Assembly: GCA_964016885.1 (NCBI GenBank)
Contig: OZ024741.1
Span: 164,362,001-164,426,000, forward strand
Direction of reading: 5' to 3'
Length of the DNA: 64,000 nt
From: Eledone cirrhosa
Taxonomy: Eukaryota
Positions 39,585 to 52,014 of this stretch are shown piece after piece. The notes below the pieces were generated by a model, which was not told the DNA's origin, searched no databases, and saw only the letters and a program-made list of their open reading frames with translations. The position numbers and the translations under genes were made by a program. How positions within the stretch are numbered: the stretch's first letter is position 1; every line of letters begins with the position of its first letter.

Positions 39585-39665
39585 CACAGTGTCCCAAAAT
39601 ATGTATGCACACTTCAACAGCAAAGTAATCAAAGTGTGTATATATTTTGGAGGGGACACCGTGTG
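39585..39665. mobile_element. Tiny Tc1/mariner-like MITE
   Basis: Imperfect TIRs cacagtgtcccaaaatatgtatgcacactt / aagtgtgtatatattttggaggggacaccgtg. Relative at 52662-52765. Confidence 0.5.
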
Positions 39666-39734
39666 TATATATATATATATGTGTGTGTGTGTGCATGTGT
39701 AACTAGTAAAACTGTAAAAACGCAGCGGTATATT

Positions 39735-39940
39735 TTAATTTGGCCCTTTTAAGGGCCACATATATTTTCATTTAAGTAACTCCACTTACATCTATATGCT
39801 TTAATAAAAAAAAATTAAAAAAATCGTGAAAAAAAAAATTTCATTTAAGTAACTCCACTTACGCGTGGTAGTAATACGGAAATAAACGATGTTTTGCTTC
39901 ATCGGCTGCTTCGACTGACAGCTAATAGTGTTGTAGTGCC
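39735..39940 (-). mobile_element. End fragment of the Merlin MITE family
   Basis: Reverse complement of parts of 8683-8980, ending with the TIR gacagctaatagtgttgtagtgcc. Confidence 0.75.
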
Positions 39941-40270
39941 GAATGGTACTATAATGGCATAGTGGTCTCAGTGTCGTTTACAGTGCTCTGTGGTATTTGT
40001 CAGTTCTCTGCGCTCTGAGATCAGGTGTTGCCTTTCAACTTTACGTGATACAGAAATAAACAAACCATTAACCACTGAATGGATATTATCAATGTCACTC
40101 TCGCGCCCACATCTCTATCTTGAAAGTGATTAGCTTGCACGAGTCATTTTCTTCTTTTGCCGGATACTTACACACATACGCATACACACACACATATATA
40201 TATATATGTGTCCCAAGGCTCTGATACCATCAACACTATAAACACAGCTGGCATATCTAAGAACTGACTA

Positions 40271-40326
40271 ACTGCCTGATGAGGTCATAGCCATTCAATG
40301 GCTATCATCGAAATATATATAGCAGT
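40271..40326 (+). ncRNA. Minimal type I hammerhead with palindromic stem III
   Basis: acugc CUGAUGA ggu-c-auagccau...auggcuau-c-auc GAAA uauaua UA gcagu, followed by AATAAA. Confidence 0.8.
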
Positions 40327-40384
40327 AAATAAAGGATTATGAGTTCATGCAATTGACTTATGCTTCGTCACTACAGTTGACAGG

Positions 40385-41396
40385 TCGGGGATGTTTGAAA
40401 TTCTACAACTCTATGGGATTCCTGATAAAATCATCGCGGCCATACGTGTAATGTATACAGATACCAAATCAACTGTCCTGACCCCAGATGGGGAAACACC
40501 ACCTTTCTCAATCCTCGCTGGAATTTTACAGTGCGATACCCTTGCTCCGTATCTATTTATCATTGTTGTGGATAGGATTCAGGATAGGGGATACCAACTA
40601 CAGCCTAGGAGAAGCTCACGCTACCCAGCAAAATACTTGACCGACACCGACTTTGCTGACGACATCGCACATGGAAAATGCTGAGAGTCTTTTGAAGTCA
40701 TTAGAGCAAGCGTCCAACTGTGTTGGACTGTACCTCAACGAATCCAAGACTGAGTATGTGAACAGATGCGCAAACAGCCCAAACTACCCCATCAGAACCC
40801 TTAATGGTACCACCCTTAAGCAGGTGGAATATTACAAGGCTCTTGGCTCATATATCTCCTCCTCCAAAAAAGATTTTCTAACCAGGAAGGGTATGGCATG
40901 GTCAGCGTGCAATGACATGCACGCCATATGGACATCTCAACTTACCAACAAGCTAAAACTGGAAATATTCCAAGCCACCATTAAGCCCATATTACTTTAT
41001 GGATCCGAAACTTGGACACTAACATCACAACTTGAGAGGAGATTGGATGGCACATATACCCGCCTCTTAATGAGAGTGCAAAACCTATCCTGGAAACGAC
41101 ATCCCACCTTGTCTAAAATCTATGGCAAACTCCCTCGAGCCTCTGCCCTTCTAAAATCCCGGAGAGCTCAATTTGCTGGCCACTGTCACCATGCCAGCAA
41201 TGAAATCATATCCGCTCTCTTGCTCTGGAACCCTGACTCCAGCCTGACTAGGAGTAGGAAGCTGTCATTCCCTGACGTTATCTCTAGGGATACAGGAATC
41301 AGTAGACAGGACCTGGGGGCAGCGATGGGAGACAGGGAATTCTGGGGCATGAGGGTGAGATCCATCATCTCGACAGTAGTCGACGAATGATGATGA

Positions 41397-41400
<4 letters not shown>
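40385..41400 (+). mobile_element. RTE LINE, 5'-truncated, (GAT)n tail
   Basis: GILQCDTLAPYLF, FADD, GLYLNESKTE, ILLYGSETW, QFAGHC; ends gatgatgatgat. Confidence 0.88.
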
Positions 41401-41442
<42 letters not shown>

Positions 41443-41507
41443 ATATGAAGTGTATATGAAGTATATATGTGTGTATATGAAGTGTATATGAAGTATATAT
41501 GTGTGTA

Positions 41508-41806
41508 TATGAAGTAATTCCGTCGGAAAAGTCCAGGAAAAAAGAGTGCTCTATGTAGGTAACAGAGCTTAATTATTATTATGTAATAAACAACATAAGG
41601 CAATTATTCCATTTACCAGTGGTTTCTTAAAAGCAAAAGGTTTTGATTTCAAACCTCAGAATGAAAAAATCCTGGTTTGTTTATTGAAATTCAATAAACA
41701 AACCAGGATTTTTTCATTCTGAGGATTGAAATCAAAACCTTTTGCTTTTAAGAAACCACTGGTAAATGGAATAATTGCCTTATGTTGTTTATTACATAAT
41801 AATAAT
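41508..41806. mobile_element. Short palindromic PLE terminus with a family-A hammerhead in each arm
   Basis: Near-perfect ~115-bp arms centred on 41689. Minus HHR at 41607-41666 (core CUGAGGU, mutated); plus HHR at 41712-41771 (intact, GUA). Confidence 0.85.
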
Positions 41807-42823
41807 ATATATATATATATATATGCGTGACGATGCACGCAAATATTTATTTATACATATGTATGTGTTTATACATATGTATGTGTATATATGTATGTGT
41901 ATATATCTATGTGGTTGGGAGGTATGTTGCAGATATGCATAATATTAAACACATGAATGGTAATTGTATATATGAGGACATGAATGTTAATCGTATATAT
42001 TTGTATGTATATACTGTGAAATTTTTATAACACAAAGAATGTATAGCAGTGATTAAGAGAAATCATTTACGTTTTGTATGGCTATATTGTTGGCTTGAGT
42101 AAACATAATTTCTATTTTCAGGATGTGCGTATCTATATGTATATATATATACATATATATTTGTATGTCCTTGCATGGAATACTGATCTCTATAGCAAGG
42201 GTACATTTTGAACTCAGATTTTGATATATTGATCTCAAGTTTCCAAACTAAACATATAGTCATTATTGATCAATGTTTAATTTCTCATATTATATATCTA
42301 TGTCCCATTCATGAATATTGATACTTATATTTTTATTATTCATTTCATATAAATTGTTAATTCAACTTAATATGACATGACGTAAAGTTTTCATTGCACC
42401 CCCTCTCTCTATATAGTATTTCTCTCTCTTGAGTTTTTCTCTCTGTATGACGACTTGATATCTCTCTGTTGCTTTCCTTTGTTTTTCTTATTTCTTCCTT
42501 TTCTTTCTTTTTTTATTTTTTATTTTTATTTCCTCCTATCTTTATTTATCTCTTTCTTTTCTCCATACATTTCTCACTCTCTCCGTTATTTATCTCTTTC
42601 TTTTCTCCATACATTTCTCCCTCTCTCTCCGATATTTCTCCAGGTTTTCTTTCTATCTTTCTCTCTCTCCGTCTTTTTTCTTTTTCTCCGTCTTTTTCCA
42701 ATTGTGCTTAACACTATGACTTATTAAAACAATATAAACAATTCACTATCCAGACAGCCTCCGAAAGTAATGGTTGTATTTTAAAGGGTACGTCAAAGCT
42801 ATTTGTAAAACTGTTATATATTG

Positions 42824-42888
42824 TATTTTGTCTGATGAAGGCATACCATAATTTAATATGGTATCCCTGAAATATGTATAATGAAATA
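42824..42888 (+). ncRNA. Minimal type I hammerhead
   Basis: uauuuugu CUGAUGA agg-c-auaccaua...uaugguau-c-ccu GAAA uaugua UA augaaaua. Confidence 0.75.
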
Positions 42889-42927
42889 AATATGGTTTTA
42901 TAAATATAGTTTCCATTTATTAATATC

Positions 42928-42995
<68 letters not shown>

Positions 42996-43514
42996 GTAAA
43001 AAAGAAGAAACAGTAGAAAACGCTAAACATTTATTTACAAAAAGGAATTTATCGTACCAGTTTCAGCTACGTGGGCTGCGGAAGTGTACAATAAAATTTA
43101 TAATGGAGTCAAGTTGTATATTAATAAGAATATGGTATGAAGTAACATGGTTTACATACATATATACAGAATATATATACAATGTTGTTTATTGCTTTCT
43201 CTCCTTGGTTGTGTTGACCATAACTTCAGCAGTGGTAGTATACATATATATCCGTATGTAGTTGACAGGTGAGAGAAAGGAGAACTCAATACCGGAGAAA
43301 GGTTTTAATATTCATTTTTATTAAGGCTAAAATGTGTCTTGTTACTCTGGAAGTTCGCCTGTTTATCATAAGAGTTCTTGTCTGATGACCCTGTGATAAA
43401 CAGGCGAAACTCCATACATATATACTGTGGCGGACTGGGTCTAAAATCATTGGTTTCCAGGAGATAAAGGGGGTCCAAAAGTCTTGTCACCCCCTACCAA
43501 AAAGTAATGAGAAA

Positions 43515-43660
43515 CAGTTTATGTTCCCATCGCAGAAGGAGCTGGTTTGCCGAATCTTGCAGTGAAGTCATGTCGCACATACCCCATGCTCTTGCCAGAC
43601 TGCACACAATCATGTGTCCGTACACTTGCAAGCAGCCTCTCTTCCAAACTGTAGGAGCTC
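43515..43660 (-). mobile_element. Tc1/mariner transposase N-terminal (HTH) remnant
   Basis: SYSLEERLLASVRTH...GKSMGYVRHDFTARFGKPAP...WEHKLF resembles DUF4817-type mariner N-termini. Confidence 0.45.
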
Positions 43661-44084
43661 TGAAATAGAAAATTATATTATTATTATTATATATTATAAT
43701 TAATGAAATTATATATATTATTAAAACAAAAAATAATTGTTTCTATTTGTGACACAAGGCCAGCAATTAACCCCAGTGCATTACTGGTGCTTTATTTTAT
43801 CGACTCCGTAAGGATGAAAGGCAAAGTTAATCTCGGCGGGATTAAAACAATTTGTGACAAGGGGTGACAAGATTTTCAGACCGCCCTGGCCTTTATTTTT
43901 TATAACGAATAAACATTTTCAAAAAATACATAACTGGAAACAAAAAAAGGCAATCAAATTTCTGCGGAAAAAAATGTATAATTTTTTTTTTACTAATTAT
44001 AGTGTTTACTGCTAGTAATATGTATAGTATATTTATACTATACATATTACTGTCAGTATACAGTAATACCGAATGTAAATACAA

Positions 44085-44195
44085 AATCCCGCCAAGGTTA
44101 ACTTTGCCTTTCATCCTTACGGGGTCGATAAAATAAAGTACCAGTAATGTACTGGATTATTGTTGGCCTTGTGCCAAAAGTAGAAACAATTATAA
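44085..44195 (+). mobile_element. Cephalopod-type SINE fragment (an inverted partner lies at 43735-43845)
   Basis: ctttgcctttcatccttacggggtcgataaaataaagtaccag core. Confidence 0.7.
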
Positions 44196-44689
44196 TTGAA
44201 TTTTTAAATAATTGTGAATGTATATTATACTGTTATTTTGAAAAGTTTTAACCAAACTGAAAATAAATTCCTATAAATCTATAAATCTATTTCAATATTT
44301 TTATTGGAGACTTTTTACTGTCAAAGAGTTAACTATGTTTTCTTATAAAAATCATGGCATTGCAGTCAATACCACATCTTCTTATATATATATATCATTT
44401 GTTTGTTTGCTCTTTACAAAAGAGATTTTTTTCATGGCTTTGATTTCTTCTACTTTTAATATTTTACATCTTTCTATTATTCGTTTTTCCACTGCTCTTG
44501 CCATTATTGTTTTTATAATGCCCTTATAAATTTTTGAAAATAAAAGTATATTATACATGTACCAATTTAAACATTTTAAAAATAATTAGGGCATATTTTA
44601 AAATAGTTTACTTGTACTGCACACTTTACACATTGACAAATAGTTCAAATGTGTATTACATGCAGTCCATTATATAAAGAGCAATCGTT

Positions 44690-46270
44690 TGAGTTCACTG
44701 GATGATTGTGCAAATCTAGGAAGTAGATTAACTCAAATTCATCCTCGTTCAGCAGCATATTGTTCTTTTCCGCCCATTTGATAACAGCCAGTAGGTCTGA
44801 CAGAAGGCATGTCCTCCACTTCATTGATGACCTTCTGGAGCTTGGAATCATCTGCAAAGATTCTTATGTTGCTGTGCTTGATGATGTCAGTAATGTCATT
44901 AATGTAGATGATGAAAAGAAGTGGGCCCAACATTGCCTTGCGGGACGCCACTGCTGACTTTGGCAGGGTTTGATTTTACTCCTTCGACTACAACTTTGGG
45001 TTTTGTCTGTCAGGAAATACTTGATCCACTGTAGTAACTTTCCAGAGACACCAATGTTGGATAGTTTTTTTCTATAGAATCTTATAATCAACCATGTCAA
45101 AGGCATTGCTGAAATCAAGGTAGATGATATCGGTGTTGGAGCCCTCTCCCAAAGCTCTCAAAATATCATCAAAGGGATACATGAGCTGTGTTAGGTAGCC
45201 CCTTCCATTATGGAACCCATGCTGGTTGGAGTTCAACAGTCTGTTGCTTTCAGGAAAGTGGGTTATTCGTGATCTCACCACCCTCTCAAATACCTTAATG
45301 ATATGACAGGTGAGTGAGATCAGATGGCAGTTCACTGCAAGGGACTTGTTTTCCCTTTTTGTAAACTGGGATAACAGACTGGGACAGAAAGTTTTCAGGA
45401 ATATAGCCAGCATCCAGTGAGTTACTCCATAGATTAAAAAGAGGGGATGCAAGTTGGTGTCAACACACCTTCAGGACTCAAGCAGGGAACCTATTGGGGC
45501 CTGCTGCTAAATTGTGTTTTATTTTGTTTATTGCTGCTAAGATATCAGAGGCGCCAAACGTTATGTCCGATATAGGGTGTTGGGGGATTAACATCACTGA
45601 TACAGCCCAGATCAGCCATATCAGGATTGTAGAAAACAGAGCAGTATTGTTTCTGCAGTATCTCACCCATGGTTTTGGCATTATGTTGGAGTGTGCCATT
45701 TTCATCAACTAGGGGGCCAACGGTGGAGAGTGACATTGTGTTTTTGTCACAAATGAAAAGAACACTTTGGGGTTGAGTTTGATTTTCTCAATGGCCCACC
45801 TCTGTTCAGATGTTCTCTGGTTATTGATGATGGTCTTCATGCATTATTGGAGGTTATATTTTTTTGATTTAAGCAGTGCGATAGCCGTCGGATATGTGTG
45901 TTGCTGTTGGCAGTATTTTAGTGTGTTAATTTTTTTGTTTGTTCTTTTTATTTTTCTGATCATTGTTTTTCTGTTTTGGGGGATACTGCGCTTAGTTTTG
46001 TTCACAGATCTTGGTGGGGTGTGTTTTGCACATATGTTTGTGACAGTGTCTACAAAGATCTGCCAAGATATTTTGATGTTGGTGGAGATGTGTGTGTATG
46101 CCAAAGACCAGTCAACATGTGATAGCTTGTTCATGATTACATCCCAGTTGGCATTGTAGAGATCCATGTTATCAAATGGGTGGGCTGGAGAGGTCACTAG
46201 GATTAGTTTTCGCCTGGTGGAATCTCAGGTTGCAAAGAAACATTTTATGGTCTGAAAGAAGAGTTTTTTC
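44690..46270 (-). mobile_element. CR1-like LINE ORF2 fragment, decayed
   Basis: AAGPNRFPA, ISLTCHIIKVFER, NQHGF, YLDFSNAFDMVD, LGPLLFIIYIND, FADDSKL; endonuclease remnant SDHKM near 46250. Confidence 0.88.
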
Positions 46271-46311
46271 TATATATGTATATCATCATCATCATCATCA
46301 TTTTACGTCCG

Positions 46312-46350
<39 letters not shown>

Positions 46351-46376
46351 GTATATATATATATATATATATATAT

Positions 46377-46667
46377 GTTAGTGTTTGGGCTAGTTTAGGA
46401 TTAAGGTTAGGTTTAGCGTTAGGATTAGGGTTAATGTTAGGGTCAGGGTTAGGCTTAGGCTAGTGGTAGTATTGAGGTTAGGGTTAGCATTAGGGTTAGA
46501 GTTGGGGTTAGGGTTAGGGTAGGCTTAGTGTTAGTTTAGGGTTGGAGTTATGTTATGTTAGGGTTAGGCTTATAGTTTGGGTTTGGGTAAAGGTTAGGTT
46601 TAAGTTTAGGGTTAGGGTTTGGGTTATGTTTAGGGTTAGAATAGGGTTTGGGTTTGGGTTACGGTTA
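46377..46667 (+). repeat. Degenerate (TTAGGG)n-like interstitial array
   Basis: About 290 bp of ttaggg/ttaggc/tttggg variants. Confidence 0.75.
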
Positions 46668-47347
46668 ATCAGTACCTATTTTTACCATCATGAAATATGT
46701 TTTAAAATTTCTTAGTGGATGTGAGAACTGTAAAGTATTTTGAAATGCTGCCAATTAAGTTGCAACCTGGACTAATTTAAGGTTTCATCATCATCAGAGA
46801 ATTTTCTTCAGTCTATCAACATATTCAAATCTAAATAGATCAACTGATAAATTTTTTTATTTACAAGGGCTATGATTATTCCAGAAATATTTCCACTTTA
46901 CTACAGTGATCCAATTATTTGCCCATTGCATTTGTGTGTGACTTCACCAGCTTGGATAGCCAGTGATATCTGTTTATCTTCCACATAAATATTCTGTAGT
47001 TCAGCAGCTCAACATGTGAAGACCAGTACATATTTTCAAATAGAAATATGGTTGTTTCTCTCACTTCTGTTCCTAATTAACATGGCAGTCGTTAATGGAC
47101 TTAATGCGTTATTTGTGGTAATAACATTACTCCGGATCCTATGGTAGTATTCACAGAAATTTTGATGATAATGGCAATGGATAAGGGAAGAGAAGATAAT
47201 GGTAGACAGCAATGATGGTGAAAATGATAACAGGCATTTCAAGAAAAAGGAAGAAAAGCATAAGTCACAACAAAAATATTTTTTAATAATCTTTATTGTC
47301 AGAAAAAAGCTGACCAAATAACAGAACCCGGAAAAAAAATGACTATT

Positions 47348-47582
47348 AGACATTGATGTTTAGAGAGTACCAACATTGATGTAGTGGGGGTTACCAACAT
47401 TGATGTTTTTTTGAGGGGTTGGGGTACCAACATTGATGTTTAGTGGAGTACCAATATTGATGTATTGGGAGGTACCAATATTGATGTTTAGTGGGGTACC
47501 AACATTGATATTTAGAGAGTACCAGCATTGATGTATTAGGATGTACCAACATTCATGTATTAGGGGATACCATCATTAATAT
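47348..47582. repeat. ~23-24-bp minisatellite
   Basis: taccaacattgatgt... repeated about 9-10 times. Confidence 0.85.
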
Positions 47583-49321
47583 TGTTGAATGAGTTTACCT
47601 CTATCAAAGTTGATATTTTGGTTTATCATTGAAATAAGGAGTTTATCTCTATCAAAGTTGATTTTTCACTCCCACAATCCAATTTCCTTCTAATTTGTAT
47701 TGTTTTTGCAATAGTTTTATTGTATATTTTTACTGATATTTTTACTAAAATGTAGTCTTAAATCTATCCACCTCCGTTCATTTTTAATCATCCTAACTAG
47801 AAATATCTTTGTATTTTCTTTCTGTTTTTTTAACATTTTATTCCAATTTGTCTTCCATTCTGCATCAAAACAGGGATAAGTATTAAAATTAAAAATAAGA
47901 ATAAAAACAGAAACAATTATAATTGGGAGGTGAGGTGGGGGAACTTTATGCCAAAACAAAAATTAACAAAGAAAAATGTATTTGTATAAAAACTATTTAA
48001 GAAATATTAGGGATTTCTTGTAACTGGTAACTGAGGAATTGGAAATGTCTCTTTACAGTAAGAATATTTCTTTAGAATACCATAACCAATTCAGACAAAC
48101 AGCTAACTCCATGTTGATAGGTTACACAACTGCTAATGTAATGTTTATTGGTATATATCCCCTTTTGTGTGTGTATATATATATATATCCCCTGTTGTAC
48201 TGTGTTTGAGATTGGATGTAGACATGGTTGAAAAGTGAACAAGTTTGTAACTGTTATCTACTATAGTCTCAGGTCGACTCAAGATTTGTCAGTGAAATTG
48301 AGTTGGTGGAAACCCATCAGATAGATTGTACCTATAATGTAAACGTCTTTCTGCCTAGCAATTATGTTAAGTGTACACATTTTTTAGAATACACAACCAC
48401 TTATATACTAATGTTACAAGTAGGCTGCTTCGTTAATTGAACTACTGAATATTTATCATCACAACATCTGAAGATTCATTATGTTTGAGACAACCGAACA
48501 TGTCAATATACAGTGATATGCTTATTCTAAAACTCAACCTGAGAATTATTTCAAATTAGAATGCCTACCTGGAGTGTTCTGAAGCCCTATAAGCACCAAA
48601 GCCTGATAATTGGTTTGAACACACATAATGTTCAATAGCTAACCCACCTCACTTGAACAGTCTGTAAATAAGGTGTGGATTGTATAACTATCATATAATT
48701 GATAACTGTTTTGTTTTATTATAGGTGTATCTCGCAAATGTGGGCTCTTCCAGACAGACTTACACAAGTTATACTACAGAAAAAGCTTGGGAAGGTCAAT
48801 GGTAACTTCACAATTTTGTGACTCATCACTACCACCATCAGTAAAATTTGAAACAATGCCCTTTTACCACCAGATATCGATTCTGTAATAAACCTGTCCA
48901 TTTTAAAATGTTCATTAAGAACTTCCATCATAATGTTCTATAAGAACTTGATTATGTTCTAAATGTCAACTTAATGAAAAGTTATTTTACTAAAATCTTC
49001 CAAATTCTCGGTTATTGTCAACACTAACAGATTCAATGTATTTCTTTGAGAAATTTGATAATGAAAGGGTTGAAGTAAATGTTAAAAATATCTTTCAGCA
49101 TTTCATTGACTGCACAAGGAGATTTAAAGTGGGTAGAAAACTGTTTGCCTTTTGCTTTATATTTAAACTTCATTGATCAATTATCAATGTGGTTAAAACA
49201 AAACTGGCAATGTTGGGTTTTTAGGGCCACCACAATACTGGTGTGAAAGTTTAGGTATTCTCACATACATTTCTCATTTCAAAAATGGAAGAAATATTTC
49301 CAGAATATATAACTGTTGTGT

Positions 49322-49690
49322 TGAGCAGTCCAAGCAACTATACAGATATCACCTGCTTACTACTCACTGAGCAGTCCAAGCAACTATACAGATATCACCT
49401 GCTTACTACTCACTGAGCAGTCCAAGCAACTATACAGATATCACCTTCTTACTATTCACTGAGCAATTCAAGCAAATATATTGATGTCCTCTCCTTTCTA
49501 CTCACTGAGCAGTCTAAGCAACTATATAGATATCCCCCCTCACTACTCACTGAGTAGTCCAAGCAACTATATACATACCCTCCCCACCTCACTACTCATT
49601 GAGTAGTCCAAGCAACTATATAAGCTAACCTATCCCTACCTTTACTACTCATTGAGCAAACAATTTAAGCAACTACATAGATATACCCCC
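49322..49690. repeat. 46-bp minisatellite, about 8 units, decaying rightwards
   Basis: gagcagtccaagcaactatacagatatcacctgcttactactcact at 49323, 49369 and 49415. Confidence 0.9.
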
Positions 49691-51720
49691 TACCACCACC
49701 ACCACCACCACCACCTAGCCTATTGGTTCATTCATTGTATAGCCTCTGGCATCTCACAAGACCTATAGCAGTACAGTACAGTACAAGGATGAATAATCAC
49801 ATAAATCATTCAATCAACATTGTCACAGTAGGATTTAGGTTAACAGGATTAATACACCATCTAGTAATAGCAGCAAAGTTTAATATTAGCTGCAAGAATC
49901 TCACCATTCTGGGAAGGTCTGCAAAGATCACCAACACTGTGACACTGCGCTTCTTTTTTTAAAACTAATTTATCTCCCCACCTCCTTTTTTCTGCACACC
50001 CCACTTTCTAAAAAAAAAGACATCTTATTTTTATTGAGGATACATATTGACCAAGAATTCTAAACTTAGACCAATAGTTTCTAATACTTTCACTATGAAT
50101 GATCTCATTTATTTAAATGAATTTTCACACAGACCACAAACTTTGGAAAGATCTGTCTCCTTGAAAAGCTGACAGTCACCCCATAGTACTATCATTGCAG
50201 ACCCCTCCCCCAGGGATCCTCCACTGACCACAGGGTTGGTAACCACTGGCTCAGACCATGCCATATCCATTAAAAAGATGGAGAGGGATTATTATCGAGT
50301 TAGAAGAGAACTATTGACCTTCAGGAGAAGCAGCGACCCCTGATTGTATTCAGCAACCAAAACAAATATGAAGTACACCAAATCCAATGCTCCTAGGGGC
50401 AGCCCTGGTTCTTCTTATTTGCAAGTGTAAACTCGGCCAGATTAGATTAGATTAGATAAATTTGAGCAGGTCCTTCTCTCCCTGCCCACCTTACTGTTTT
50501 GTGTTAGTGACCTGACCTGGAAATATGTCAAAGGTCTTACTGCAAAGAAACAGCCCCAGTTGACCAAATTATGAATTATGAATCTATGTATAACATCAAC
50601 ATCATAGAAATTCAAGAACCCATATTTTGGAGGAAGAAGGAGGTTAATATTATAATTTATTTTAAACTATTAAATTGAAATAATGTTATTTTCCTTGTTG
50701 TTGTTTTTAATGCATGTTTTTGTTGAATGTCTTTATCTTTTGGTATTTTGTAATTTGTAATCATAAGATGAAAACACCAGGGAAGTTATTTCGTTTTAAA
50801 TATTTGTTGTATATTGTCTTTTTTTTCTCATTCTCATTTTAAACAATTTTAAATTTTAATGGAAGTTTTGTTTGACAGTTGAAAACTTTCTTCAGAAACA
50901 CACACATACATACACACACACATGCAGCAAACTAACGCAGTTTAGGAAGAGAAAATAACAAAAAAAAAAATGAAAAAAAAAACAACAAAAAAAAACTCAA
51001 TGTGGCAAGGAAGACTGGGAATGTTGAAAAAAAGGGACTGAAATTCTTTAAAATGTCTTGAAAATGGATTTTTTGGTATTCATAATATTTATCATTTTTT
51101 TTACATTGTTTTGTGTTTTGTTTATTCTTATTTTATCTTGTTTTCTGTTTTAAAGACTGTAATCAATAAAATGCTTTATTAAAAATTAGCACCAAATTGT
51201 GAAAGAAACCAACTAGTGCCCCAGTATGGCCACAACCCTCTGGCTGAAACCAGTAAAATGAAAAAAAAGAGAGTAATACATAGAATGAGAGGAAGGTGGA
51301 GAAGGAGGGAATCTCTTTTGTTTTCCAATTAAACAATTTTCTTTTCTTTCCTTCTTATATATAATTATGTATGTATATATATATATGCAGTGATTTTATG
51401 TGTATATATATATGTGTATATATATAATATATATATTGTATTTATATTGTATATAATATTAGTAATAAGTATAGTACCAGGAATGACTAGGCCAGAAGTA
51501 AGAAGAAAATTTATTTATATATTATGAATCTATCAATGTTATATCTGTAGGAAGACATCACACATTGATTTATCTGGAATAGCTCAACAAACACTCAATG
51601 AATTCATAACTTCAGAGTAGCAATTAATTATTTGATTTTGAAGGGGCTGTAAACAGGACAAAGACAACATCAACTCCATACAAAAAATAACAAATACCCA
51701 ATATATATATATATATATAT

Positions 51721-51950
51721 AAATAATTACAATAGTGACATAAACAGGTACTTAAGTTTCGTTGGGTTCTGGGCCCCAACTCATTCAGCCCGTCATAAGA
51801 AAAATATGACAGGCTGAAAGAGTTGGGGTCCAGAACCCAAAGAAACTTAAGTACCTCTTTTATGTCACTGTTGTAATTATTTTTACTAAACTTGTCCTAT
51901 GGGCTGAGTGCTCTTTCTCTTGGATATTTCTACCAAACTTTTACTATGGT
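51721..51950. mobile_element. Fold-back element with a hammerhead-like motif in each arm
   Basis: Arms 51721-51797 and 51805-51882. Each reads CUGAA(U/A)GA-guuggg..cccaa(c/a)-GAAA-cuuaag-UA with a paired stem I. Confidence 0.75.
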
Positions 51951-52014
51951 ATATGTATATATATAATGTTTATATAAGCATATGTATATATAAATATATA
52001 TATGTATCTATCTA

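Noticed and set aside
43045-43085. Minus-strand GAAA-ctgg-TA with a small upstream hairpin
   Set aside because: No CUGANGA or stem I partner; too little to call a hammerhead.
46770-46800. Minus-strand CTGATGA-tgat-GAAA
   Set aside because: No stem II, stem I or stem III; arises from a (CAT)n run.
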